Notes: generated by a model from the letters alone, not told the origin. 64,000 nt of DNA from an uncultured Deferribacteres bacterium (GCA_913009825.1 CAJVYQ010000019.1:2980-66979), one strand, 5' to 3'. Counted from the first letter of the stretch, positions 18,152 through 28,043 are shown. Made by a program: numbers and translations.

Positions 18152-19744
18152 ATGAGACAAGAAAAAACACCGCATCGATGGATGAAACTGGTTTTCCCGC
18201 CGGCAGTTTTGTTTCTGTGCCTGCTTGCCTTTTCCGGATGCGGCCGCAGTGAAGCGGATCTGACCACTGAGAGAACCGATCTGGTTACCATCGATGTGCT
18301 GACCGCTTTCGGCAATCCGGAGAAACCGGCCGTCGTTTTTCCCCACGATCTGCACACCGGCACCATCGAACCCAAAAATGATAATTGCACAACCTGTCAT
18401 CTGAAAAACGAAAAAGGCATACTGGCGCAAAAATTTCAGCGGTGGACAGATTCCGACAAAGATTCGACCATGAATCTTTATCACAACAAATGCATCAACT
18501 GTCATAAAGAGACCGCAGCGAAAGGCAAAAAAGCGGGGCCGGTTGTCTGCGGCGATTGCCATCGCAAAAATCCTGCGTTTATTTCCGCCCGGCAGCCGAT
18601 GCGGATGGATAAATCGCTGCATTACCGGCACATCAAAGCAAACGAAGAGAAATGCGACAAATGTCATCATGACTACGATAAAATCAACAAAAAACTTATC
18701 TACAAAAAGGGTGAAGAGCGGCCGTGTCTGTTGTGCCATAAAAACAAAAAAGAGGAAAATCGGGATTCATTCCGGTTTGTCGCGCATCAGGAGTGCATTG
18801 GCTGCCACAAGGCGGCAAAGCCCGGGACTGCCGGACCGGTTCAATGTGCCGGCTGCCACGATGCACAACGGCAGCAGGCCATTAAAAAAGTGGAGAATCC
18901 GCCACGCCTGAAACGGAATCAGCCGGATCAGGTTTTGATCAGCGCCCCGGAAAATGAACTGGAAATGAGCAAAATGAACACCGTGCCGTTCGACCATCAG
19001 GCACACGAAATCTACAATTCCTCCTGCCATCGCTGTCATGAAGAAATTTTGCGCCCGTGTACCGAGTGCCACACCATGACGGAGAATAAAAAGAACAAAG
19101 GGATTCTGCTGCAAAAAGCGATGCACAGTAAAAACTCCGTTTTCAGTTGTATCGGCTGTCACGACAGCCAGAAGACAAAAACGGAGTGCGCCGGATGTCA
19201 TTCATTGATGGAACAGGGACGCCTTTCGGAAAACGCCTGTGTGAAATGCCATACCGGTCCGACACCACAACAGTTGCAAAAAACGTCCGGCAAAACAAGT
19301 AACATCAAAAAGTGGTTTCCGGACAAAAAAATGTCCCGCCTGTCTTTTGCAAAACAGGACATTCCGGATTCTGTCATCATCAGCCTTTTAGAAAATAAAT
19401 ATGAACCGGTTCATTTTCCACACCGAAAAATGATTGATGCACTGCAAAAGGATATTGCCAAAAGTAAATTAGCTTCCTTTTTCCACGGCAGTGAAGATAT
19501 GCTTTGCCGGGGTTGCCACCATCACACGCCGGTGGGCAAAAAACCGCCGCTCTGTGAAAGTTGTCACGGCAAGTCGTTTCAGGAAAGTAAAGTGCCCATG
19601 CCGGGAATTTTAGCCGCTTACCATCGGCAGTGTCTGGGCTGTCATGAAGAGATGAAAATAGAAAAACCTTCCGGCGGCTGTACCGACTGCCATGCGAAGA
19701 AAAAAGAATCTGCAATTACCATGCAAACAAAGGATAAGAAATGA
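18152..19744 (+). CDS. 16-haem c-type cytochrome, lipoprotein (HmcA-like high-molecular-weight cytochrome c)
   Basis: I count 16 CXXCH motifs (CTTCH, CINCH, CGDCH, CDKCH, CLLCH, CIGCH, CAGCH, CHRCH, CTECH, CIGCH, CAGCH, CVKCH, CRGCH, CESCH, CLGCH, CTDCH). The signal peptide ends in the lipobox-like [12 protein letters not shown] lies 8 nt upstream. Confidence 0.85.
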   Translation: MRQEKTPHRWMKLVFPPAVLFLCLLAFSGCGRSEADLTTERTDLVTIDVLTAFGNPEKPAVVFPHDLHTGTIEPKNDNCTTCHLKNEKGILAQKFQRWTDSDKDSTMNLYHNKCINCHKETAAKGKKAGPVVCGDCHRKNPAFISARQPMRMDKSLHYRHIKANEEKCDKCHHDYDKINKKLIYKKGEERPCLLCHKNKKEENRDSFRFVAHQECIGCHKAAKPGTAGPVQCAGCHDAQRQQAIKKVENPPRLKRNQPDQVLISAPENELEMSKMNTVPFDHQAHEIYNSSCHRCHEEILRPCTECHTMTENKKNKGILLQKAMHSKNSVFSCIGCHDSQKTKTECAGCHSLMEQGRLSENACVKCHTGPTPQQLQKTSGKTSNIKKWFPDKKMSRLSFAKQDIPDSVIISLLENKYEPVHFPHRKMIDALQKDIAKSKLASFFHGSEDMLCRGCHHHTPVGKKPPLCESCHGKSFQESKVPMPGILAAYHRQCLGCHEEMKIEKPSGGCTDCHAKKKESAITMQTKDKK

Positions 19745-20793
19745 GCAATTCACGAAGAAATTTTTTCAAGCAAGTTGCCGCAATTGGCGCCGGTGTTGCC
19801 ATAACAAAACCGGCCAAAGCGACAGAAGAATTTCCCGGTTATCCGGACAGTTACGGCATTTTACATGACACCTCGCTCTGTGTCGGTTGTCGTTCCTGCG
19901 AAGCGGCCTGCAATGAAGTTAACCAATTGCCGCCGCCGGAAAAGCCGTTTGATGACAAATCCGTGCTGGACAAAAAACGCCGCACGGATGATAAAGCCTA
20001 CACAGTAGTGAACCGCTACAAAGACCGGGACGGTGAGAAGAAGCCGGTTTATCGTAAAATTCAATGCAACCATTGTTTTGAACCGGCCTGCGCCTCGGCT
20101 TGTTTTGTGGGTGCATTCACCAAAACGCCGTTGGGACCGGTTATTTATGATCCGTCTATCTGCGTCGGCTGCCGCTACTGTATCGTGGCTTGTCCCTTCA
20201 ATGTACCGGCGTTTGAGTACGATGAGCCGCTCCATCCCCGCGTCATGAAATGCACCATGTGTTACCCGCGACTGCTAGAAGGGAAATTGCCCGGTTGCGT
20301 GAAAGCTTGCCCGGTGGGCGCGCTCACGTTTGGTAAAAGGAAAGACCTGCTTTCCATCGCCCGGGAACGCATCCGTAAACATCCCGATCGATACATCGAT
20401 CACATTTATGGCGAACATGAGATGGGCGGCACCAACTGGCTTTATATCACCGGAACGCCGTTTGAAGAGGTGGACCTGCGTATGGATCTGGGAGTTACGC
20501 CGGCGCCGGAATTCACATATAGCGCATTGAGCGCAGTGCCGATGGTAGTGGGTCTGTGGCCGGTGCTGCTGACGGGCGTTTACGCTATCAACAAGCGTAA
20601 TCAAAAAATGGCAAAGAAGGAAGAGGAAGAAGCGGTTTTGGCGGCCATTGATAAAACGAGAAAAGAGGAACAGGCAAAAACGGAAACGGCTCTGGAACGG
20701 GCAAAAAAAGAACAACAAAAAGCGATTGACATCGCTGTGAAAAAAGCGCTTGAAGAAACATCCCGGTCGAAAGACAAGGAGGAAAATGAATGA
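19741..20793 (+). CDS. Tat-exported four-cluster [4Fe-4S] ferredoxin subunit with a C-terminal membrane anchor (HmcB / DsrO-like)
   Basis: The start overlaps the upstream stop (ATGA). The Tat motif is [24 protein letters not shown]. Four Cys clusters are present ([40 protein letters not shown]...CVKACP), followed by one helix ([18 protein letters not shown]) and a K/E-rich tail. Confidence 0.85.
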   Translation: MSNSRRNFFKQVAAIGAGVAITKPAKATEEFPGYPDSYGILHDTSLCVGCRSCEAACNEVNQLPPPEKPFDDKSVLDKKRRTDDKAYTVVNRYKDRDGEKKPVYRKIQCNHCFEPACASACFVGAFTKTPLGPVIYDPSICVGCRYCIVACPFNVPAFEYDEPLHPRVMKCTMCYPRLLEGKLPGCVKACPVGALTFGKRKDLLSIARERIRKHPDRYIDHIYGEHEMGGTNWLYITGTPFEEVDLRMDLGVTPAPEFTYSALSAVPMVVGLWPVLLTGVYAINKRNQKMAKKEEEEAVLAAIDKTRKEEQAKTETALERAKKEQQKAIDIAVKKALEETSRSKDKEENE

Positions 20794-21965
20794 CAACGTT
20801 AACAAACCGTATTGAGCATAAATCGATTTTCACCATCCAAAACATCATCTCCGGGATCATTCTACTGGTGGGATTGGTGCTGACTTTTCTGCGTTTCACT
20901 CGCGGATTGGGAACGGTCAGCAATTTGTCCAACAACCAACCCTGGGGCTTCTGGATCGGCTTTGATCTGCTAACCGGCGTTGCGTTGGCAGCCGGAGGAT
21001 ATGTTACCGGAGCGGCAGTGTACATTTTCGGCAATGAAAAATATCATTCCGCTGTGCGTCCCGCCGTTTTAACCGGATTCCTGGGATATGCCATGGTTGT
21101 TTTTGCGCTGCTGTACGACGTCGGTCGTCCCTGGCGGCTTCCCTATCCGTTTTTTGTCTCCCAGGGAGTTACCTCCGTGATGTTCGAAGTGGGCGCCTGT
21201 GTAGCGCTCTATCTCACGGTGCTTTTCCTGGAAATCTCCCCGGTGGGTTTGGAATGGCTGGGCTTAAAAAAGACCCGCAACCTGGCGGTAAAACTGACCG
21301 TTCTGCTGACCATTTTAGGTGTCATCCTGTCCACGCTGCATCAGTCATCGTTGGGCGCGCTTTTCTTAATTGCTCCTTCCAAACTGCATCCGCTCTGGTA
21401 TTCCAATTATCTGCCGGTCTTTTTTTTCATCTCCAGCATTACCGCCGGATTGTCCATGGTGATCTTTGAAGGCTCACTGTCACAGCGTGCTTACGGCGAA
21501 AAGATGGATGCGAAACATCTAAAGGAAAAAGATGATGTAGCGTTGGGATTCGGTAAAGCGGCTGCCATTGTGCTGTTCGGTTATTTTGCCATCAAAGTGG
21601 TGGGCATTGCGGCGGGAAATCACTGGAATCTGCTATTTACTCCGTACGGCCTCTGGTTTCAGGTGGAGATGATCGGATTTGTCATGCTGCCCTGTTTCCT
21701 CTACTCCATTGGTGTGCGGGATAAAAATCTCAAGTTGATCAAATTCGCAGCAGGACTCACCGTATTCGGCATCGTTTTGAACCGTTTAAACATCTCCCTG
21801 ATTGCTTTTAATTACCGGCTTCCTTTGTCGGAACGGTATTTTCCGCACTGGATGGAAATCGGTATTTCGGTTTTTATTGTTACTATCGGCATTTCGGTTT
21901 ACCGCTTTATTGTCACTAAAATGCCGGTTTTTTACGAACATCCTGAATTTGAAGATTTGCACTAA
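20790..21965 (+). CDS. NrfD/PsrC-type integral membrane quinone-interacting subunit (HmcC / DsrP-like)
   Basis: ATGA overlap with the upstream gene. 391 aa with about 10 hydrophobic helices, positioned after the Tat ferredoxin. Confidence 0.75.
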   Translation: MTTLTNRIEHKSIFTIQNIISGIILLVGLVLTFLRFTRGLGTVSNLSNNQPWGFWIGFDLLTGVALAAGGYVTGAAVYIFGNEKYHSAVRPAVLTGFLGYAMVVFALLYDVGRPWRLPYPFFVSQGVTSVMFEVGACVALYLTVLFLEISPVGLEWLGLKKTRNLAVKLTVLLTILGVILSTLHQSSLGALFLIAPSKLHPLWYSNYLPVFFFISSITAGLSMVIFEGSLSQRAYGEKMDAKHLKEKDDVALGFGKAAAIVLFGYFAIKVVGIAAGNHWNLLFTPYGLWFQVEMIGFVMLPCFLYSIGVRDKNLKLIKFAAGLTVFGIVLNRLNISLIAFNYRLPLSERYFPHWMEIGISVFIVTIGISVYRFIVTKMPVFYEHPEFEDLH

Positions 21966-21979
21966 CCGGAGAATAAAAG

Positions 21980-22123
21980 ATGGATATTCATACATTACAG
22001 CAGTTTGTCTTTCATACCAAAGGGGTCATCTACATTCTGATTGTCGGTTATTTGATCGGCTTCCCGCTTTTTTGGCGGTTTTTGCATGCACGGGAGCCAA
22101 AAGACAATGACATTCATACCTGA
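21980..22123 (+). CDS. Small single-helix membrane peptide (47 aa), HmcD-like; absent from the supplied ORF track (below the 60-aa cut-off)
   Basis: ATG at 21980, 14 nt after the upstream stop, preceded by GGAGAATAAAAG. The translation is MDIHTLQQFVFHTKGVIYILIVGYLIGFPLFWRFLHAREPKDNDIHT, with one hydrophobic helix and positive residues after it. Confidence 0.55.
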   Translation: MDIHTLQQFVFHTKGVIYILIVGYLIGFPLFWRFLHAREPKDNDIHT

Positions 22124-22157
22124 TCCCGGCAATATTTATTAACTTGGGTATCGCCCG

Positions 22158-22231
22158 AGGCAGGAGCACAACTCCTGCCTAAGCGAAAAAAAATGTCTTT
22201 GCAATGCCGGGGCAGGAGTTGAACTACTGCC
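22158..22231. repeat. Two GGCAGGAG...CTCCTGCC hairpins (family D REP-like)
   Basis: AGGCAGGAG-CACAA-CTCCTGCCT (22158-22180) and GGCAGGAGTTGAACTACTGCC (22211-22231). The same core occurs at 43648-43676, and a degenerate version at 49158-49184. Confidence 0.55.
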
Positions 22232-22357
22232 TCTACCCTATTATCCACCCCCCAATATCGTTCAATTTCCCCCATTTTATTTTTTTCATTTGCTTCCTTG
22301 CCTATTCATCCGTAAATTTCTTCAAAGCCAATTTTCAACAAAAAAGGAGTCTCTTTT

Positions 22358-23332
22358 ATGAAAACACGCTGGGGTATTTTAGGAACGGGAAATATCGCCA
22401 AACAGTTTGCACAAGGGTTGGCATTTGTCCCGGATGCGGAATTGGTTGCCGTCGGTTCACGCTCACAAAAAACAGCGGATCAGTTTGCCGATCGATTCAA
22501 CATCCCGAACCGTCACAACAGTTACGAAGACCTGGCAAAAGATACACAGGTGGATGTGATTTACATTTCCACTCCGCATACATTCCACAAAGAGAATTCA
22601 TTGTTGTGTTTGCGGCACGGAAAAGCCGTGTTGTGTGAAAAGCCGTTCACTATCAATGCAGCAGAAGCAGAGGAATTGATTGAGTACTCCCGGGGACAAA
22701 AACTTTTCCTCATGGAAGCGATGTGGAATCGTTTTTTACCTTCATTTGACAAACTGCGGCAACTGCTGCGGGAAAAAGTTATCGGCAACATCCTGCACTT
22801 GTCCGCCGATTTTTCTTACCAATTTCCTTTCGATCCGAAACACCGGCTGTTTGCCCCCGAATTGGGCGGCGGCGCATTGCTGGACCTGGGTGTGTACCCC
22901 ATCTCATTTTCATCCATAATTTTCGGGCCGCCCAAAAGTATCAAAAGCTTTGTCTATTTAGGCAAAACGGGAGTTGACGAACAGGCCGCCATCATTTTTG
23001 AATTTGATGGCGGAAAGATGGCTACTCTTTACACCTCGAGCCGTTTCACCTCGCCCGCCGAAATCTGGCTGCTGGGCACGGATGGACGAATCAAAATTCA
23101 CGGCCCTATTTACTGTCCGTCACAAATCACTATCTATCGCAGCGATGATCCGACCGAGTTGAATGTTCCTTTTGCCGAGAACGGCTACAATTACGAAGCC
23201 GCGGAAGTGATGCGGTGTCTGAAAACGGGAAAACTTGAAAGCGAAATCATGCCCCTTGCCGAATCACTTTCCATCATGCAAACCATGGATCGATTGCGCC
23301 GGGATTGGGATTTAAAATATCCCGGTGAGTGA
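22358..23332 (+). CDS. Gfo/Idh/MocA family oxidoreductase (dihydrodiol / sugar dehydrogenase-like)
   Basis: 324 aa with GILGTGNIAKQF Rossmann motif, a CEKPF block, and AAGGAG upstream. Confidence 0.8.
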   Translation: MKTRWGILGTGNIAKQFAQGLAFVPDAELVAVGSRSQKTADQFADRFNIPNRHNSYEDLAKDTQVDVIYISTPHTFHKENSLLCLRHGKAVLCEKPFTINAAEAEELIEYSRGQKLFLMEAMWNRFLPSFDKLRQLLREKVIGNILHLSADFSYQFPFDPKHRLFAPELGGGALLDLGVYPISFSSIIFGPPKSIKSFVYLGKTGVDEQAAIIFEFDGGKMATLYTSSRFTSPAEIWLLGTDGRIKIHGPIYCPSQITIYRSDDPTELNVPFAENGYNYEAAEVMRCLKTGKLESEIMPLAESLSIMQTMDRLRRDWDLKYPGE

Positions 23333-23385
23333 AAAGGAACGTTCATAGGGACGACATATAAAACAAATTTTCAATTTCAGAAAAA

Positions 23386-23510
23386 TAACCGGCGGTTATT
23401 AACACCCTCGGTACTCCCCTCAAGGGGGATTTTTAGATTCCCCTCTTGAGAGGGGCACGGGAAGTGTAAAATAACTTTTGCCACAATTATATCTTGCCCT
23501 GAATAGTTAC
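23386..23510. mobile_element. MITE/REP-like element, family E (reverse orientation relative to 60401-60536)
   Basis: Contains CCCCTCAAGGGGG and CCCCTCTTGAGAGGGG hairpins and ends with CCCTGAATAGTTAC. Its reverse complement aligns with the element at 60.4 kb. The left boundary is approximate. Confidence 0.55.
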
Positions 23511-23627
23511 GAAATTTTCATCTGTTCTTTTTCCCGCTCGTATCCATAAGAATCCAACTCATGACATATTGGAAACTATATTTTCCAAAATCCGTAAATT
23601 TGTAAAAAAAATCAGAAAGGCGTTCTT

Positions 23628-25172
23628 ATGAAAAAAATAAAAATCTCAAATGAGTGGATTCTAATATTATCTTTGGCATTCTTCAAATTGTTTATCCATT
23701 TTTTAACAAGCGCCAACTACGAACTTCATCGTGATGCCTATTTGTATTTATCCCTAAAGGACCACCCGGACTTCGGTTATATGTCGGTGCCGCCTTCCAT
23801 CGCAATTGTTGCCAAAATTTCTGAATTTTTATTCGGAAATTCAACCTTTGCAGTAAGAATATTTCCGGCTTTGACCGGAGCAGCTTCTGTAATTGTGATT
23901 GCTTTAATCGTAAAGAGGCTGGGTGGAAAATTTTGGGCGATATTAATTGCATGTTTTGCTTTTATCATTTCTCCTGCTTTTTTACGCAGCAATTCTTTAT
24001 TTCAGCCTGTTTCTTTTAACCAATTCTATTGGCTTTTAACAGCTTATTTTGTTGTTGTGTTAATTCAAACTCAAAATCCAAAATTTTGGATTCATTTATT
24101 TGTCCTATGGGGACTGGCATTTTTAAATAAATATTCAATTGCTTTTTTAATTGTTGCTTTTTTCCCGGCTCTTCTATTAACCAAAGACCGTAAATTAATT
24201 TTAACCAAACAATTTATTTGGGGAGCAATAATTGGATTTTTTATTATTTTACCTAATTTAATTTGGCAATTTTCTCATAATTGGCCGGTTGTTCATCACA
24301 TGCTGGAACTGCAAAGAACGCAATTAGTCAATGTGAGAATTGGGGATTTTTTTATGTCCCAACTGTTAATGAATATTCCAAACCTTTTGGTTTGGGTTTT
24401 CGGACTTTTGTTTCTGTTATTTTTTAAAGATGGAAAACCATATCGGATCCTTGGCTATACTTTTATATTCGTTATTCTGGTACTCATTTTATTAAGAGGA
24501 AAACCGTACTACACTTTGGGAATCTACACCACGTTATTTGCTGTCGGAGGGTTTGCTATTGAAAAATACTTTACCAATCGTTTGCGTTTGGCAAAACCGC
24601 TCATTTTGGTTGTCATGTTATTTTTTTCCCTGCCGATTATTCCGTATAGTTTACCAATTCTGCCATTTGATAAAATGATCGTTTATGCAGAAAAATCAAA
24701 ACAATACGGCGTAGAAGAGGCTTTACGTTGGGAAGACGGCAGAATTCATCAACTTCCCCAGGATTATGCAGATATGATTGGTTGGAAAGAATTGGGCTTG
24801 ACTGTGGCGAAAGCATATCATAGTTTAAATGAAGAGGAAAAAAGCAGGTGTGCAATTTATGCGGAAAATTATGGAGAAGCGGGCGCAATAAAGTATTACG
24901 GGAAAAAGTACAAGCTCCCCGAACCGATCTGCTTCAACGGTAGTTTCCTGTTCTGGGCGCCGGACAGTTTAAATATCAATTCATTAATTTATGTGAACGA
25001 TGACACTTCCGAAATTTCTCTATATTTTAATTCGGTGAAACAAGTTGGCGGGATTACAAATATTTATGCCAGAGAAAATGGACTACCTGTATTTTTATGC
25101 CGGGGACCAAGAAATAATTTTGAAGAATTTTATCGGAATAAAGTAAGGAAATTGAAGAGTAATTATAGATAA
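23628..25172 (+). CDS. GT39/GT83-type (ArnT/PMT-like) membrane glycosyltransferase
   Basis: 514 aa with about 11 helices. The N-terminal loop YELHRDAYLYLSLKDHPDFGYMSVPP resembles the acidic-loop region of PMT_2/ArnT-like enzymes. The gene is markedly AT-rich. Confidence 0.65.
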   Translation: MKKIKISNEWILILSLAFFKLFIHFLTSANYELHRDAYLYLSLKDHPDFGYMSVPPSIAIVAKISEFLFGNSTFAVRIFPALTGAASVIVIALIVKRLGGKFWAILIACFAFIISPAFLRSNSLFQPVSFNQFYWLLTAYFVVVLIQTQNPKFWIHLFVLWGLAFLNKYSIAFLIVAFFPALLLTKDRKLILTKQFIWGAIIGFFIILPNLIWQFSHNWPVVHHMLELQRTQLVNVRIGDFFMSQLLMNIPNLLVWVFGLLFLLFFKDGKPYRILGYTFIFVILVLILLRGKPYYTLGIYTTLFAVGGFAIEKYFTNRLRLAKPLILVVMLFFSLPIIPYSLPILPFDKMIVYAEKSKQYGVEEALRWEDGRIHQLPQDYADMIGWKELGLTVAKAYHSLNEEEKSRCAIYAENYGEAGAIKYYGKKYKLPEPICFNGSFLFWAPDSLNINSLIYVNDDTSEISLYFNSVKQVGGITNIYARENGLPVFLCRGPRNNFEEFYRNKVRKLKSNYR

Positions 25173-25292
25173 GTTCGGTAATTCCGAATTGGGTTTTTAA
25201 TTGTGAAAACAGTTTGTGCTAAACCACGAGGTTTAAAGTGGAAAGGATCTGCCCCGGGCGGGTCCCGGATGGCGATCTGAAAGGAGCAAAAA

Positions 25293-25634
25293 ATGAAAGG
25301 GAGTATTATTTACTCGGATAGACTTGTAGAAGTGTATGACAAGGGCATTTTATTCCGGAATTATTATTTCCCCTTTGTATCGAAGTTCGTCACATTTCCG
25401 GACATTCTTCGACTGTATAAAAAAGCATCCACTTTGGCGAATGGCAAATGGAGAATATGGGGATCGACCAATTTCATGTACTGGTACCCCCTGGATTGGC
25501 GCCGACCACGGCGAACCGCCATTTACTTTCTGAACCTGGCTTCTCAAAAAGTTCGTATTGGATTTACGGTTGAACACCCGGAACAATTCAGTGAAGTTAT
25601 GAAATCAAAAGGAATTGAAATACACAATTCCTGA
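25293..25634 (+). CDS. Hypothetical protein (113 aa)
   Basis: AAAGGAG lies 7 nt upstream of the ATG. I recognise no motif. Confidence 0.4.
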   Translation: MKGSIIYSDRLVEVYDKGILFRNYYFPFVSKFVTFPDILRLYKKASTLANGKWRIWGSTNFMYWYPLDWRRPRRTAIYFLNLASQKVRIGFTVEHPEQFSEVMKSKGIEIHNS

Positions 25635-25769
25635 CGAATCCCTTTAGCGGGCGCTCCATAAGTCGTGCTACCGGGGTAAGGTAAAAGTTTCTTTTCTAAG
25701 AACTTGAGTGTTACAATTTTTCAATGTTTTATTATTGCTTTGTAAACTGTATTTTGTATATTTTTTAAT

Positions 25770-25890
25770 ATCTTTGAGTTGAATGATCCTCTTGTTTTTG
25801 AACTTGTTGCTATTAGCAGCTCTGTTATTATTTTTCAGCGTAAAACCTGCCGGCGATTCGGCAAATCGTGCTACAATCGCTCAATTCAGG
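25770..25890 (-). mobile_element. MITE family A, copy 1 (reverse orientation; left end degenerate)
   Basis: ...CTCTTGTTTTTGAACTTGTTGC...GGCGATTCGGCAAATCGTGCTACAATCGCTCAATTCAGG aligns with the reverse complement of the copies at 35.2 and 60.55 kb. Confidence 0.7.
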
Positions 25891-25988
25891 GTAGAGAGAA
25901 AATTCTTTCTCAACAGGATGCCTCGGAAATAGGAGGATTGTTTTTATCCGTCGGTTTCGGCAAAAAATTAGATGGACGCCCAAAACAG

Positions 25989-28043
25989 ATGCCCGTTTAT
26001 ACCACAGCTTGTCCGCGTAACTGCTACAGCACCTGCGCCTTTAAAGTGCACGTAGAAAACGGCGTACTGCGCAAAATTGACCCCCATCCTGCCAATAAAG
26101 CTACTCCGGAAGGGCCTTGCCTGAAAGGGTTGAGCTATATCGAGCGGGTGTATTCGCCGGACCGGATTCTTTATCCGCTCAGGAAAAAACAGAATTCGGC
26201 GGATTTTGAGAGAATTTCCTGGGAGAGTGCTCTTAATCTGATTGCAGAAAAGATTACCGGGTTCAAAAATGAATTTGGTCCCCGGAGCATACTCTACTAC
26301 ACCGGCAGCGGCACCAAAGGGTTGCTGAATGCCGTGGGGATGAATTTCTGGCGCCTGTTTGGCGGCTGCACAACAACCTACGGCGATCTGTGCTGGCCCG
26401 CCGGTCTGGAAGCAACCCGGCTTACTTTAGGAGAAAACAAACACAATGCACCCTGGGACATCGCCAACGCCAAACTGATCATCCTGTGGGGGAAGAATGC
26501 CGCCGAAACCAACATTCATCAGATGCTTTACATCAACCGGGCTTTGGACAATGGCGCCAAACTAATTGTCATCGATCCGCGCCGCACCGAAACCTCGGAA
26601 CGTGCCCAGCTATTGGTTCAGCCGCGCCCCGGCAGTGACGGTGCACTGGCTTTGGCAATTGCCCGGCTGCTCATTCAAAACGGGCAAATTAATACGGATT
26701 TTATCAGTCGCCATGTCCTTGGATTTGATGAATTTGCCAAAATGGCTGCCGGATTCACAGCGGAAAAAGCGGCGGAAATAACCGATGTGCCCGTGAAATA
26801 TATTCAGCGACTTGCCGACGAAATCAGGACAATCCGGCCGGTAACCATCAACGCCGGGTTTGGCATGCAGCGCTACACCAACAGCGGCCAGACCATGCGC
26901 GCCATCATCGCTCTGCTGGCCATTACCGGCAACATCGGCAAACCGGGCGCCGGCTGGATTTTTGCCAATTTACAGAGCCACATTTTTGATGCAGTCAAAG
27001 ATCCCATCGCTTTCTATCCGCCTGAAAAACCGGACGGCACGGTACGGGTATCCATCTCCACGGCGAAATTGGGCCGGGATATGCTGGCGGCCAAAGACCC
27101 GCCGCTAAAAATGATCTGGGTGGAACGGGGCAATCCGGTGACGCAAAACCCGGATACCAACACAATTTTGCGGGCATTTCGCGCGCTAAATTTTTGTGTG
27201 GTTGTGGATCAGTTTCTCACCGATACCGCCCGCGAAGCCGATCTGATTCTGCCGGCAAAAACCATGTTTGAACAATCCGATGTGATCAGCGCATACTGGC
27301 ATCCCTACATTCAACTGAAACAAAAAGTGATCGAACCGCCCGGCGAAGTCAGACCGGAATCGCAAATCTACTACCTGCTGGCCAAACAGCTCGGTTTTAC
27401 GGATGAAGAGTTAACCGGTAAAATTCCCGGTCTCTCCGATGCGGACGCTATTTCCTATCTGGAAAAGGAGCTGAAACCGTTTCCGGAATTAACCCTTGAC
27501 ACATTGAAAACAACTCCTATTTTGGCGCCGGGACACCAGGAGATCGCTTTCGCCGATTTTGTTTTCCCCACGCCATCCGGTAAGATCGAGCTTTTTTCCG
27601 GCGAGGCCCAGAAGCGATGGGGTGCCGATCCGCTGCCTGTTTTTTTTGAACCGGCCGAATCGGTCCGCGATGGAAAAAATACGGCACAAGAATATCCGCT
27701 CTATTTCCTGACGTCAAATACTAAAAACAGCATTCATTCTCAATTCAGCAATCTGAAAATGATCCGCCAATTTGCTTCGGAACCTTCTTTGACAATCCAT
27801 CCGCAGGATGCAAAAAAGCGGGGGATTTCCGGCAAAGACCGGGTGCGGATTTTTAACGACCGCGGTGAATTGAAAATAAAGGCAGTATTGGATTACGGCA
27901 TCAAACCGGGGTGCGTGTCACTCTGTAACGGCTGGTGGATTTCCCGCGGCGGAACGGTGAATTTCTGCTCCCCGGGCCGGGAAACGGACATGGGATACGG
28001 CGCCGCATTTCACGACAATTTAGTGGAAGTGGAGAGAATTTAG
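25989..28043 (+). CDS. DMSO-reductase-family molybdopterin oxidoreductase catalytic subunit (DmsA-like) without a Tat signal
   Basis: The FS0 motif CPRNCYSTC-x27-C (C-x3-C-x3-C-x27-C) lies 7 residues after Met25989 and resembles E. coli DmsA CTVNCGSRC. The protein has typical MopB length (684 aa) and a C-terminal barrel region. The start is uncertain: an in-frame TTG at 25938 abuts an AGGAGGA. The ORF-track extension to 25779 runs through a MITE. Confidence 0.75.
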   Translation: MPVYTTACPRNCYSTCAFKVHVENGVLRKIDPHPANKATPEGPCLKGLSYIERVYSPDRILYPLRKKQNSADFERISWESALNLIAEKITGFKNEFGPRSILYYTGSGTKGLLNAVGMNFWRLFGGCTTTYGDLCWPAGLEATRLTLGENKHNAPWDIANAKLIILWGKNAAETNIHQMLYINRALDNGAKLIVIDPRRTETSERAQLLVQPRPGSDGALALAIARLLIQNGQINTDFISRHVLGFDEFAKMAAGFTAEKAAEITDVPVKYIQRLADEIRTIRPVTINAGFGMQRYTNSGQTMRAIIALLAITGNIGKPGAGWIFANLQSHIFDAVKDPIAFYPPEKPDGTVRVSISTAKLGRDMLAAKDPPLKMIWVERGNPVTQNPDTNTILRAFRALNFCVVVDQFLTDTAREADLILPAKTMFEQSDVISAYWHPYIQLKQKVIEPPGEVRPESQIYYLLAKQLGFTDEELTGKIPGLSDADAISYLEKELKPFPELTLDTLKTTPILAPGHQEIAFADFVFPTPSGKIELFSGEAQKRWGADPLPVFFEPAESVRDGKNTAQEYPLYFLTSNTKNSIHSQFSNLKMIRQFASEPSLTIHPQDAKKRGISGKDRVRIFNDRGELKIKAVLDYGIKPGCVSLCNGWWISRGGTVNFCSPGRETDMGYGAAFHDNLVEVERI

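Noticed and set aside
14136-22123. Reading the operon as evidence that the organism is a dissimilatory sulfate or sulfite reducer.
   Set aside because: No dsrAB, dsrC, aprAB, sat or qmo genes are in the window. Hmc/DsrMK-like modules also occur in non-sulfate reducers, so this cannot be decided from 64 kb.
25779-25988. The 70-codon N-terminal extension of the molybdoenzyme ORF, including a CRRFGK string that might be read as a Tat motif.
   Set aside because: The extension starts at a TTG and is translated straight through MITE family A copy 1, whose sequence recurs in non-coding contexts. No hydrophobic h-region follows the RR, and the conserved enzyme begins at Met25989.
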